Assembly (NCBI GenBank): GCA_945889235.1
Contig: CAMDBK010000003.1
Span: forward strand, 1 to 47,431
Length of the DNA stretch: 47,431 bases
Reading direction: 5' to 3'
DNA from: Chitinophaga pinensis
Lineage (GTDB): Bacteria; Bacteroidota; Bacteroidia; SXHM01
Every line of letters begins with the position of its first letter. The first letter of the stretch is position 1. Positions 36,310 to 45,474 of the stretch are shown here, in pieces. Below the pieces are notes generated by a model. That model had not been told where the DNA came from. It made no database searches and saw only the letters and a list, made by a program, of their open reading frames with translations. The position numbers were made by a program, and so were the translations under genes.

Positions 36310-38157
36310 TTAATTAATTTTATCACCACGCAATGCACGGTAACGCACGCGGGCTTCAACAGTATAAAGGCTTCCCGGAAATTTCAGTAATAAATCCTGG
36401 TAGAGTTCCATTGCTTTTTCTTTGTTGTTCAAACGGTTTTCAAAAATGTTGGCAAGCATGTAAAGCGCATCGTCTGCAAGTATGTCGTAAAAATAATCAT
36501 CCACAATTTTTTGCAGGTTGCTTACTGCTTCTTCAACATGTTGTTTCTTCAGAAACACCTGTGCTTTTTTGTAGAGCACATCATCCGTTAATGAATGACC
36601 GGGAAACTGTGTTTCAATTGAATCCAATGTTGCCAGTGCAATAGAATCTTTGTTTTGGAAATACAATAAATCAGCGCGGGCAAACATTTGCAAAGGAACT
36701 GTGTTTGTATCAATAACAATATTATCCGAAATCAGCAAAGCCAGATACAGTGCATCGTTGGCAATGAGCTGCGAAGTAGCAGATTTCAGAACATCTAACT
36801 GCGCCTGCGCCCAATCAAACTGCCCGATGTAGAACGAAAGTTTTGCGTTTTTCAGTTTTGCTTCCTGCCCCAGCTCATCGTTCTTAAACATTTTATCTAC
36901 TTGCGAATACAGTAAAGTTGCTTCCCAAACTTCGTTGGTAAACAATAACACATCACCCATTTCTAATTTACAATATGCCAGTTCTTTTTGTCGTATACCC
37001 GGCAGTTCCATACATTGCTGCAAGATCTTTACAGACTCTTCACTTTTATGCTGATAAAAAGTCAGGTGATGCGCTAATCCACGCATTAATCCTACAGTTT
37101 CTTCGTAGCTGCCAAGTTCATCTAAGGTAGAACGATAAAGGGCTTCCAGTTCATCCAGATCGGCTTGTATATAATCTCCTTTTTCGGTAATTTTTTTGTT
37201 CATCACATTCACCAATTCCATTTTTGCAGTGGTGTAGAAATAATTTTCCGCACCTTTTTTTATCACATATTGCAGACACTTGATAGCAGTTTCGTATTCT
37301 TTATTGGCGTTGCAGATATTGGAAAGTTCAATCAATCGTGAACCGTCTTCTTTCAGTTTTTTATCCAGTGCGCGCGCCTGAATAAACGCACCTTCAAAAT
37401 TATTCTGCTGAATATAATGCCATACCAGAAGTTGCGCGAACATCTTGTTGTCAGGGTTTTCCTGCACTTTTTGGATGAGCGCAGTTTCAAGGTATTCTTT
37501 CTTTTTATTGTTCACATCATCTGTGAGTGCAGTCTGTATGGCGTTCTCCACTTTTTCCTGATAAGCTTCATTGAACAACAACGCATCCATATATTCATTG
37601 AACATGGCCGGAGTATCTTTTTTGTATGAATAAACTTCTGCCAGTTCAAAGTTGAATGGATAAATTCCGGTAAATAATTTTCGGCCGCGCAAATAAGTTT
37701 TTATGGCAAAATCATATTCCTGTTTTGCAATAAACATATTTGCTAAATCAGTAATCATTTGTTGATCGGGCTGCAAATATTTTATTGCGTTGTTATATTG
37801 TTTCTCTGCTTCATCGCGCTTGCCCGAAATGTTGTAAATGTTTCCTAAGTCAACGAGGTAGTGGAAATTCTCAGGTTCTTTTTTCAGCAATTTTTTTACG
37901 GTTTCTTCTGCCTGCGGATAATCTTCAAGCGCAATTAAGCAGTTCAGGTAATACGTGTAATGTATTTCGCTTTTACTTTTTTTGAAAAGCTTTTCATAGA
38001 GTTCAGCAGCCTTTGCGTATTCATGATCTTCGAAATATTGTGCTGCTAATTGTTCGTCCTGGGTTTGAGCAAAAGAAGAAAAAGAAATCACAACACAGAG
38101 AAGCACAGAGAATACACAGAGTTTCACAGAGAAAAAATTATAATTTTTTTTACTCAT
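36310..38157 (-). CDS. Secreted tetratricopeptide-repeat protein
   Basis: Signal peptide ending SSFAQ; many TPR units (EQLAAQYF..HEYAKA, LELGD/EMGDVLL, NDALYL, ARVRYRALRGD). Confidence 0.85.
   Translation of the reverse strand: MSKKNYNFFSVKLCVFSVLLCVVISFSSFAQTQDEQLAAQYFEDHEYAKAAELYEKLFKKSKSEIHYTYYLNCLIALEDYPQAEETVKKLLKKEPENFHYLVDLGNIYNISGKRDEAEKQYNNAIKYLQPDQQMITDLANMFIAKQEYDFAIKTYLRGRKLFTGIYPFNFELAEVYSYKKDTPAMFNEYMDALLFNEAYQEKVENAIQTALTDDVNNKKKEYLETALIQKVQENPDNKMFAQLLVWHYIQQNNFEGAFIQARALDKKLKEDGSRLIELSNICNANKEYETAIKCLQYVIKKGAENYFYTTAKMELVNVMNKKITEKGDYIQADLDELEALYRSTLDELGSYEETVGLMRGLAHHLTFYQHKSEESVKILQQCMELPGIRQKELAYCKLEMGDVLLFTNEVWEATLLYSQVDKMFKNDELGQEAKLKNAKLSFYIGQFDWAQAQLDVLKSATSQLIANDALYLALLISDNIVIDTNTVPLQMFARADLLYFQNKDSIALATLDSIETQFPGHSLTDDVLYKKAQVFLKKQHVEEAVSNLQKIVDDYFYDILADDALYMLANIFENRLNNKEKAMELYQDLLLKFPGSLYTVEARVRYRALRGDKIN
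38089..38132 (-). repeat. (CTCTGTG)x4 element inside the signal-peptide coding region of the TPR gene
   Basis: CACAGAG on + at 38094, 38104, 38115 and 38125; encodes FSVKLCVFSVLLCVV. Confidence 0.8.
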
Positions 38158-38716
38158 TGTTTTTCAGTTTCATTATCACCGAATCAACTTCGGGTGCATA
38201 GTGTTGAACAAGCTCTGCCTGTTGTCGCGCAAAATTTGTTTTGGCAGCAACTGCCTCATTTAATATCTGTAAATTTTTTTCTTCGCGGGTAACAAATACT
38301 TTGATGCTGTCCAACGGTTGTGCCTGTTTTGTGAAATCTACTTTCAGTTTATTTACTTGTTCTGCCGCCAGACTCACCTGTTGTTTTATCGTTGAAAAAT
38401 CATTGACAAAACCTTCCAGCGTTTTTGCTGCACGTGCGTAGTTATCAATTACCAATGCAGTTTCACGGCTCATTGTATCTTTGAAATTGAAGTTGATAAA
38501 TTCCACATTCTGTTTTGCTTCAACACATAAATTTTTCCAACTTTCTGTTTCAACTCCTGTTATTTCTGCTTCTGCTTCCCACGCATTAAGTGCTAATGAA
38601 TCTAACGTCTGTTCGGTTGGTTTAGTATCGGGTTTGCAGGAATTCAGCAATAAATTTCCGACAAGAAGAGTAAAAATAAATTTACCGCAAAGACGCAAAG
38701 GCGCTAAGTTTTTCAT
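38150..38716 (-). CDS. Lipoprotein, predicted coiled-coil/helical, function unknown
   Basis: Lipobox LLLNSC; heptad-rich body; TAATG coupling to serS. Confidence 0.7.
   Translation of the reverse strand: MKNLAPLRLCGKFIFTLLVGNLLLNSCKPDTKPTEQTLDSLALNAWEAEAEITGVETESWKNLCVEAKQNVEFINFNFKDTMSRETALVIDNYARAAKTLEGFVNDFSTIKQQVSLAAEQVNKLKVDFTKQAQPLDSIKVFVTREEKNLQILNEAVAAKTNFARQQAELVQHYAPEVDSVIMKLKNNE
38684..38708 (-). repeat. (CTTTGCG)n arm inside the lipoprotein signal peptide
   Basis: Minus strand CTTAGCGCCTTTGCGTCTTTGCGGT, encoding LAPLRLCG; same core as the right arm at 27794-27820. Confidence 0.75.
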
Positions 38717-39987
38717 TAGTCAATTCTGTCAAAACCGATGTAAGGCTGCAGCACCGCAGGAATTTTTATTCCATTTTCGTCCTGATTGTTTTCAAGCAAT
38801 GATGCTACAATACGCGGCAGAGCCAACGCACTTCCGTTTAAGGTATGGCAGAGTTGTGTTTTTCCGTTACTGTCTTTATAGCGCAGTTTCAAACGGTTTG
38901 CCTGAAACGTTTCAAAGTTCGAAACTGAACTTACTTCCAGCCACATTTTCTGTGCAGCAGAAAAAACTTCAAAGTCGTAAGTCATGGCAGATGCAAAGCC
39001 CATATCACCTCCACAGAGTTTCAATACGCGGAAAGGCAAATCCAATTTCTTCAAAATTCCTGCAACATAGTCACGCATTTGTTCCAACGTTTCATAAGAT
39101 TTCTCTGGCAACTGTATTTGAACAATTTCCACTTTATCAAACTGATGAAGGCGGTTCAAACCTTTCACATCTTTCCCGTAAGAACCTGCTTCTCTGCGGA
39201 AACAAGGCGTATAACCCGTTTGCTTAATCGGTAAATCTTCGGACTTATAAATCAAATCACGATGCAAATTGGTAATAGGAACTTCAGCAGTTGGTATCAG
39301 ATACAAATTATCAACTCCAACATGATACATCTGTCCTTCTTTATCAGGAAGCTGACCTGTCCCGTAACCGGAATCTTCATTTACTAAAAGCGGTGGCTGC
39401 ACCTCTCCATAACCTGCTTTTGTTGCTTCATCTAAGAAAAAATTAATCAGAGCGCGTTGCAGTTTTGCACCTTTTCCTTTGTAAACAGGAAAACCGGCAC
39501 CCGTAATTTTTACGCCTAATTTAAAATCAATCAGATCGAATTTATCAGCCAGCTCCCAATGAGGAATTGCTTTTGCGTGAAGCGTTGGAACTTCACCAAC
39601 GGTTTCTACTGTTTCATTGTCTTCTGCACTTTTCCCTTTTGGAACACTTTGATGCGGTGCATTCGGAATTTGTAAAAGCAACTTGCGCAGTTCAGCTTCC
39701 GTTTCTGAAAGTTGTGTTGTTAACTGACCTGATTGTTCTTTCAGCGCGGCAGTTTTTTCTTTCAGTGCAGTGGCTTCAGCGGCTTTACCACTTTTAAATA
39801 AATCACCAATTTGTTTGGCAATTGCATTTTGCTGTGCCAGTAAATCATCATTCAGTGTTTGAATTTCGCGTCTTTTAGTATCGGTTTGCAGAATGTTTTC
39901 AAGTTGCTGCGTTGCATCAAAATTGCGTTTGGCAAGGCGCGCAATTACTTCTTCTTTATTGTCGCGGATGTAGGCTGTCTGTAACAT
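38716..39987 (-). CDS. serS: Seryl-tRNA synthetase
   Basis: N-terminal coiled arm, IPNAPH, GAGFPVYKG, LIPTAEVP, CFRREAGSYGKD..GLNRLHQFDKVE, EVSSVSNF..FQANR, TLNGSALA. Confidence 0.97.
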   Translation of the reverse strand: MLQTAYIRDNKEEVIARLAKRNFDATQQLENILQTDTKRREIQTLNDDLLAQQNAIAKQIGDLFKSGKAAEATALKEKTAALKEQSGQLTTQLSETEAELRKLLLQIPNAPHQSVPKGKSAEDNETVETVGEVPTLHAKAIPHWELADKFDLIDFKLGVKITGAGFPVYKGKGAKLQRALINFFLDEATKAGYGEVQPPLLVNEDSGYGTGQLPDKEGQMYHVGVDNLYLIPTAEVPITNLHRDLIYKSEDLPIKQTGYTPCFRREAGSYGKDVKGLNRLHQFDKVEIVQIQLPEKSYETLEQMRDYVAGILKKLDLPFRVLKLCGGDMGFASAMTYDFEVFSAAQKMWLEVSSVSNFETFQANRLKLRYKDSNGKTQLCHTLNGSALALPRIVASLLENNQDENGIKIPAVLQPYIGFDRID

Positions 39988-40009
39988 TTGGTCTGAAAAA
40001 TTTAGTCTG

Positions 40010-40017
40010 CAAAGATA
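40010..40017 (-). promoter_or_regulatory. Bacteroidota -7 element TATCTTTG for serS
   Basis: Exact consensus, 22 nt upstream of the serS ATG. Confidence 0.65.
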
Positions 40018-40060
40018 GTATTAAACGTATTTGGCTTGCGATTTGCTAATTTAGTGGCGC

Positions 40061-40855
40061 ATGAAAAGAGTTGCCGTTTTATTTCTTGTCTGGAATTTAC
40101 TTGTTTCTTTTGGCTACACGCAGCCATACAGAATTATTGAAAACACTTCGTTTCAGAAAGGCGAGAAACTCACATTCCGTATTCACTATGGATGGATAGA
40201 TGCAGGTGAAGCTACCATGGAAGTGGTAAATAAAGAATTGTATCACAATGGAAGAAAAGTGCATCACATCATTGGTAAAGGATACACCACCGGCTCATTT
40301 GATTACTTCTTTAAAATTCGCGATACTTACGAAACCTATTTAGATGAGCAATCACTTATTCCCTGGGTTTTTGAGCGCAATGTGGATGAAGGCGGTTATT
40401 TTATCAGGCACAAACAGATATTTAATCATCGTGCCAAAAAAGTGATTGTTACTGACTATGTAAATAAATCTGTAAAAACGTTTGATGTTCCAATTAATAT
40501 TCAGGACCTCGTTTCGGCCTATTACTATGCCCGTTGTCTTAATTACGATACCATAAAAGTAGGCGACACAGTTTCGGTAATCACTTTTTTTGACAGCGAA
40601 ATTTTTCCACTGAAAGTGAAATTTTCAGGAAGAGAAACCATACACACTACTTTCGGAAAAATACCTTGTTTGAAGTTTCATCCTATGCTGCAAACAGGCA
40701 GAGTTTTTACCGAGCAGGAAGATATGTCGGTTTGGTTCAGTGATGACGGCAACCATATTCCTGTTAGGATGGAAGCGCAGATTGTTGTGGGCTCTGTAAA
40801 AGCAGATTTAAAGGGCTATCAGGGTTTGAAGTACCCTCTCGGAAATAAGAATTAA
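40061..40855 (+). CDS. DUF3108 family secreted protein
   Basis: Signal peptide, FQKGEKLTFRIHYG, FFKIRDTYE, QDLVSAYYYAR, GRVF...SVWFSDDGNHIPVR, VGSVKADL. Confidence 0.85.
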   Translation: MKRVAVLFLVWNLLVSFGYTQPYRIIENTSFQKGEKLTFRIHYGWIDAGEATMEVVNKELYHNGRKVHHIIGKGYTTGSFDYFFKIRDTYETYLDEQSLIPWVFERNVDEGGYFIRHKQIFNHRAKKVIVTDYVNKSVKTFDVPINIQDLVSAYYYARCLNYDTIKVGDTVSVITFFDSEIFPLKVKFSGRETIHTTFGKIPCLKFHPMLQTGRVFTEQEDMSVWFSDDGNHIPVRMEAQIVVGSVKADLKGYQGLKYPLGNKN

Positions 40856-40934
40856 CACCCCCATGTTTACAGTTTATACTCCGCGGTAAAATATCCCCTT
40901 TCTTTTTGCTCTAATTTTCCCACAAAATCAGAAC

Positions 40935-41942
40935 ATGAAGTTACGACCTGAATTTGTTGAGCGGGTAAATAAACTGGAAGAAAAGTATGCAGTTATTGGG
41001 CAGGACATGAATTCCTACCTTGATGGTTTGTTGTATTCCAACGTTACTAACTATTGGGATTATATTAATGTAGACACGTTGCTTTCGTTGCAGCATCCAA
41101 AAACTGATTATCCCGATGAATTGATTTTCATCATGTACCATCAGGTTACGGAATTGTATTTCAGGTTGGCGCTGCATGAGCTGGAGCAAATTGCAAATAA
41201 CGGTCGAGATTTGGTGATGGAAACAGGTGAAGATAAAGGCTGGAATAAAAAATTAGACGTTAACTATTTTGCTGAACGTGTAACCCGCATCAACAATTAT
41301 TTTGAGGCACTTACCAAGTCCTTTGACATTATGGGAAGCGGAATGGAGAAGCAGCAGTTTCTGCGTTTCCGCATGGCGCTGTTGCCGGCAAGCGGTTTTC
41401 AGTCAGCACAATACCGCATGATAGAAATCTGCGCTACCGATTTTATCCGTTTGGTAGATAAAGACGAGCGCAAAAAATTTGAAGGGAAGAAAGCGTCAAT
41501 AGAAAAAATGTTTGAAAACATCTACTGGAAAAAAGGCGCAACTGAACTTGAAACAGGGCAAAAAACACTGACCTTAAAACATTTTGAAAAAAAATATTCT
41601 GCTAAACTGATTGCACTGGCAAACGATTACAAAGGCAAAAACCTGTGGGCGAAATACAAATCACTTAACAAAGCAGACCAAAAAAACAGTCAACTTATTA
41701 CCGCACTCAAACAATTAGATGTGAATGTAAATGTAAACTGGCCATTGGTGCATTACCGCTCCGCAGCAAAGTATTTAGAAAAAGGCAAGAACGAAGATAT
41801 TGCAGCAACTGGTGGAACCAACTGGCAGAAATATCTTCCTCCACGTTTTCAAAAGAGGATGTTTTATCCTGAACTTTGGAGCGAACAAGAAAAAAATAAC
41901 TGGGGAAAATCCTGGGTTGAATCAGTAGTCAATAAAAAATAA
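40935..41942 (+). CDS. kynA: Tryptophan 2,3-dioxygenase family protein
   Basis: YWDYI..DTLLSLQ, DELIFIMYHQVTEL, FR..L.PASGFQS.QYR.IE, LVH, ATGGT. Confidence 0.85.
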   Translation: MKLRPEFVERVNKLEEKYAVIGQDMNSYLDGLLYSNVTNYWDYINVDTLLSLQHPKTDYPDELIFIMYHQVTELYFRLALHELEQIANNGRDLVMETGEDKGWNKKLDVNYFAERVTRINNYFEALTKSFDIMGSGMEKQQFLRFRMALLPASGFQSAQYRMIEICATDFIRLVDKDERKKFEGKKASIEKMFENIYWKKGATELETGQKTLTLKHFEKKYSAKLIALANDYKGKNLWAKYKSLNKADQKNSQLITALKQLDVNVNVNWPLVHYRSAAKYLEKGKNEDIAATGGTNWQKYLPPRFQKRMFYPELWSEQEKNNWGKSWVESVVNKK

Positions 41943-41946
41943 CAGC

Positions 41947-43614
41947 ATGAAAAAAATCCTATTCTTTTTAATTATCAATTATCAATTATCAATTATCAAT
42001 TCCTTTGCACAATCCTATCAGGTAAATGGAAATGCATCACAATTAAGTTGCAACTGTTACAGACTTACTCCTGATTTAAATACGCAGGGCGGTTCGGTAT
42101 GGAACGTAAATCAAATAAGTTTAGTTGATTCATTTGATTTTACTTTTGATGTATTCCTCGGCTACAATGATGGCGGTGCAGATGGAATTGCTTTTGTGCT
42201 TCAACCGGTAAGCACCAGCATCGGCTCCAATGGCGGTGGTTTAGGATATCTGGGAATTACACCTTCAGTGGCGATAGAAATTGACACCTACATGAACGGA
42301 AATTACGGTGACCCGATTTACGACCATATTGGAATACAATCCAATGGTGATGTAGACCACAACGGAATAAATAATCTTGCCGGTCCCACGTCTGCACTTA
42401 CAAGTACCGGAAATATTGAAGACGGACAAAATCATTTGCTCCGCGTAAAATGGAATGCAGGAACACAAACACTTGAAGCGTATTTTGACGGAGTGTTGCG
42501 CGTTACCTACACCGGAAATATTGTAGCGAATATTTTTAGTAACAATCCAAACGTATATTGGGGTTTTACAGGAAGTACAGGTGGTTCAATTAACGAACAG
42601 CGTTTTTGTTTGTCCATAGTTCCTGATTTTTCCACCAATGTTGCCACCCTTTGCCAGGGTGAAACGCTTCAGCTGACTGACAGTTCATACAGCGGATTAG
42701 GAAGCATTGCTTCATGGAGTTGGGATTTCGGAAACGGAACAGCATCTACGGATACAAATCCTTCTGTAGTTTATAACAGCGCAGGAACTTTTCAGATTGT
42801 GCAAACCGTAGTTGACCAGGCGGGCTGCAGCGATTCAAATACTACAACTATCACCGTTCTTCCTTTACCCGATGTTGGTTTTACAGTTGACAATAATTGT
42901 TCGGGCAATCCTATTCTGTTCACGGATACCACACTTATTCCAAGCGGAACACTTAGTACATGGAACTGGAGTTTTGGCGATGGCGAAAGTTCAACCGACC
43001 AGAATCCAATTCATAATTATGCAACGGATGCAACTTATATTGTAAGCCTCACCGTTGTATCAACAGATGGATGTTCTTCAACCCAAAATAGTAATGTGGT
43101 AATTAATCCTTCGCCAACTGCATCGGCTGATATGCAAACTTCATTGCTTACTGTAAATTTCACCAACACAAGCACTGGTGCTGAAAGTTATGAATGGATT
43201 TTTCCTGATACAACACTAACAACTACCAGCCCATCCTACACTTTTCCCGATACCGGACATTATCCTGTAATCCTTGTTGCAACAAGCGCAAACGGCTGCA
43301 CTGATACAATTGTTTTTGATGTTTATGTTGACAACACAATACTGATTGAAGTGCCTAATGTATTTACTCCCAATGGAGATTTATCAAACGATGTATGGAT
43401 ACCAACTTTAAAAGGAGTTGAAAAAGCGGAAGGAAGAATTTTTAACCGCTGGGGAATGCTGATGGCTGAAATTACTGAAACTGCAAATACTTGGGACGGT
43501 AAAACAAAAGGTGGAAATGATGCTCCGGATGGAACGTACTTTTATATTCTTCAATATTCAACCATTGACGGAAATTCAGATAAGAAAAAAGGAACGATAA
43601 CCGTTTTGCGTTAA
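41947..43614 (+). CDS. T9SS type B (gliding-motility-associated CTD) protein with L-type lectin domain and about three PKD domains
   Basis: YRLTPD..QGGSVW, GADGIAFVLQP, AIEIDTY, WGFTGSTGG; WSWDFGNG/WNWSFGDG PKD motifs; VPNVFTPNGD..ND, IFNRWG, WDG, DGTYFY tail. Confidence 0.9.
   Translation: MKKILFFLIINYQLSIINSFAQSYQVNGNASQLSCNCYRLTPDLNTQGGSVWNVNQISLVDSFDFTFDVFLGYNDGGADGIAFVLQPVSTSIGSNGGGLGYLGITPSVAIEIDTYMNGNYGDPIYDHIGIQSNGDVDHNGINNLAGPTSALTSTGNIEDGQNHLLRVKWNAGTQTLEAYFDGVLRVTYTGNIVANIFSNNPNVYWGFTGSTGGSINEQRFCLSIVPDFSTNVATLCQGETLQLTDSSYSGLGSIASWSWDFGNGTASTDTNPSVVYNSAGTFQIVQTVVDQAGCSDSNTTTITVLPLPDVGFTVDNNCSGNPILFTDTTLIPSGTLSTWNWSFGDGESSTDQNPIHNYATDATYIVSLTVVSTDGCSSTQNSNVVINPSPTASADMQTSLLTVNFTNTSTGAESYEWIFPDTTLTTTSPSYTFPDTGHYPVILVATSANGCTDTIVFDVYVDNTILIEVPNVFTPNGDLSNDVWIPTLKGVEKAEGRIFNRWGMLMAEITETANTWDGKTKGGNDAPDGTYFYILQYSTIDGNSDKKKGTITVLR
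41970..42001 (+). repeat. Heptanucleotide tandem repeat (AATTATC)4-AATT inside the signal peptide
   Basis: Four perfect units from 41970 plus a partial unit; encodes IINYQLSIIN. Confidence 0.9.
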
Positions 43615-44876
43615 TGGAACTAGACAAAAAAAAAGTAATCCTTTTTTCTGCAACAGGTTTTTTGTTGCTTGCATTTTCGTTGTTAGTTATTCAACTCATA
43701 ACATTTGAAGCTGATTACAGCAAAGCAGAAGAAGTTGAAAACGCTGACTCCGGTGAAGAATATGGCTTTGATGTAGATTCATTTTATATGGTGAAAGGGA
43801 AAGTTCAACGCAACGAAAATCTTTCAACCATTCTGCAGAAGCATAAAATTTCGTTGGGCATGATTGATAAGATGAACAAAAGTTCACGTGAACTTTTTGA
43901 TGCCCGTAAAATTACAGCCGGCAACGAATACACCGTTTTCTGCACCAAAGATTCAAACCAGATTGCTCAGTGTTTTGTGTATGAAATAAACGCCAGCGAT
44001 TATATTGTTTTTGATTTCCGCGATACACTCAATATTTATAAAGGCGAAAAACCGGTGGAAATAAAGATGGCCACTGTAAGCGGAAAAATTTATTCATCAC
44101 TTTACGCTACCATGGAAGCCAACAACATCAACCTTGGTCTGGCAAAGGAGCTTTCCACCATTTACGCCTGGACAGTTGACTTTTACAAAATTCAAAAAGG
44201 CGACTATTTCAAAGTTATTTACGAAGAAAAATTTGTTGACGGACATTCCATTGGTGTAAGCCGCATTCACGCAGCGCTCTTTAATAATGACGGAAAAGAT
44301 TTTTATTCCTTTTGGTCAGATATAAAAGGTGCTACCGGCTATTATGATGAGAACGGTGAAAGTTTGAAAAAACTTTTTTTGAAAGCACCGTTGAAATTTT
44401 CACGCATCAGTTCTTCGTATTCTGCAAAGCGTTTGCATCCTGTTTTAAAAATAAATCGTCCGCACCTTGGTACCGATTATGCAGCACCAACCGGAACACC
44501 CATTATGGCTACTGCTGACGGCAAAGTGATTGCAGCAGCTTACACTGCCGGCAATGGTAACTACGTAAAAATAAAACACAACGGAACTTATACAACACAG
44601 TATTTACACATGAGTAAAATTGCAAAAGGAATTAAAAATGGTTCGCATGTAAGACAAGGTGATATTATAGGTTATGTGGGCAGTACCGGACTTGCAACCG
44701 GACCTCACGTATGTTACCGCTTCTGGAAAAACGGAAGACAGGTTGACCCTAAAAAAGATGTGGTGTCGCAACCTGCAGACCCGATTAATAAAGCTCACCT
44801 TGGTGAATATAAAGCCCGCGTAAAAGAATTGCGCGAAAAACTCGACAGCGAAAAGCTGAACGGAAGAGAGAGTTAA
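43614..44876 (+). CDS. M23 family peptidoglycan DD-metalloendopeptidase (MepM-like)
   Basis: N-terminal TM, LKAPLKFSRISS, HLGTD (HxxxD), GNGNYVKIKH, GLATGPHVCY; TAATG coupling. Confidence 0.92.
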   Translation: MELDKKKVILFSATGFLLLAFSLLVIQLITFEADYSKAEEVENADSGEEYGFDVDSFYMVKGKVQRNENLSTILQKHKISLGMIDKMNKSSRELFDARKITAGNEYTVFCTKDSNQIAQCFVYEINASDYIVFDFRDTLNIYKGEKPVEIKMATVSGKIYSSLYATMEANNINLGLAKELSTIYAWTVDFYKIQKGDYFKVIYEEKFVDGHSIGVSRIHAALFNNDGKDFYSFWSDIKGATGYYDENGESLKKLFLKAPLKFSRISSSYSAKRLHPVLKINRPHLGTDYAAPTGTPIMATADGKVIAAAYTAGNGNYVKIKHNGTYTTQYLHMSKIAKGIKNGSHVRQGDIIGYVGSTGLATGPHVCYRFWKNGRQVDPKKDVVSQPADPINKAHLGEYKARVKELREKLDSEKLNGRES

Positions 44877-44934
44877 GTCAAAAAAAGCCTCAAAAAAAAT
44901 TGATTTTATTAATTTGTTCTTTCAGGACAATTAA

Positions 44935-44942
44935 TACCTTTG
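44935..44942 (+). promoter_or_regulatory. Bacteroidota promoter, -7 TACCTTTG with TTTG at 44913-44916
   Basis: Both elements present with an 18-nt spacer, upstream of the ATG at 44995. Confidence 0.65.
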
Positions 44943-44994
44943 CCGCCCATTTCCAATAATTCATATCTATAAAACTAACTCTTAACGAACAAAA

Positions 44995-45447
44995 ATGAAA
45001 AACAATTACTATTTTCCTGTCATGCTAATGATTGGAATGCTTTTCACTGGCTTTTCTTCTTTCAGCCAAAGTGTAAACAGCCTTAATCCGCAACAAAAGA
45101 AAGATGCAGCCTACATTAATGCACAGCAAGAGCAAATTAATCAGGGCGTAAAAACAGAAGTGAAAGCTAAGACTTCAGGAACTTCAGTAGTTTCTGCTTC
45201 TCCTAAAAAAGATGAAAGTGCAGTCATTAATAACGAACCTGCAATTTCTCCTAACTATTACAATGCACGCAGCATTATTTATACTGATGCCCGCACACCC
45301 CGTTATCCTATTACAGGAAACAAAGAGCAGGACATTGCAAACTACAACAAAGCAAAAGAAGTGTGGATGAATAACAACCAGCAACAAAATGCTAAAGTTT
45401 CAATGACTGAACAACAGGCTGCTGAAAGACAATTAAAAGGAAAATAA
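44995..45447 (+). CDS. Hypothetical secreted protein
   Basis: Signal peptide ending SFSQ; low-complexity linker; PRYPITGNKEQDIANYNKAKEVW motif. Confidence 0.7.
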   Translation: MKNNYYFPVMLMIGMLFTGFSSFSQSVNSLNPQQKKDAAYINAQQEQINQGVKTEVKAKTSGTSVVSASPKKDESAVINNEPAISPNYYNARSIIYTDARTPRYPITGNKEQDIANYNKAKEVWMNNNQQQNAKVSMTEQQAAERQLKGK

Positions 45448-45474
45448 TAATCTACCCGAAAAAAAAATATTAAA

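Noticed and set aside
38481-39227. 248-aa plus-strand ORF
   Set aside because: Antisense to serS and the lipoprotein gene, with no recognisable motifs; a shadow ORF.
24198-42001. Junction repeats as a CRISPR array
   Set aside because: No constant 25-45 nt repeat with unique spacers at a regular period, and no cas genes.
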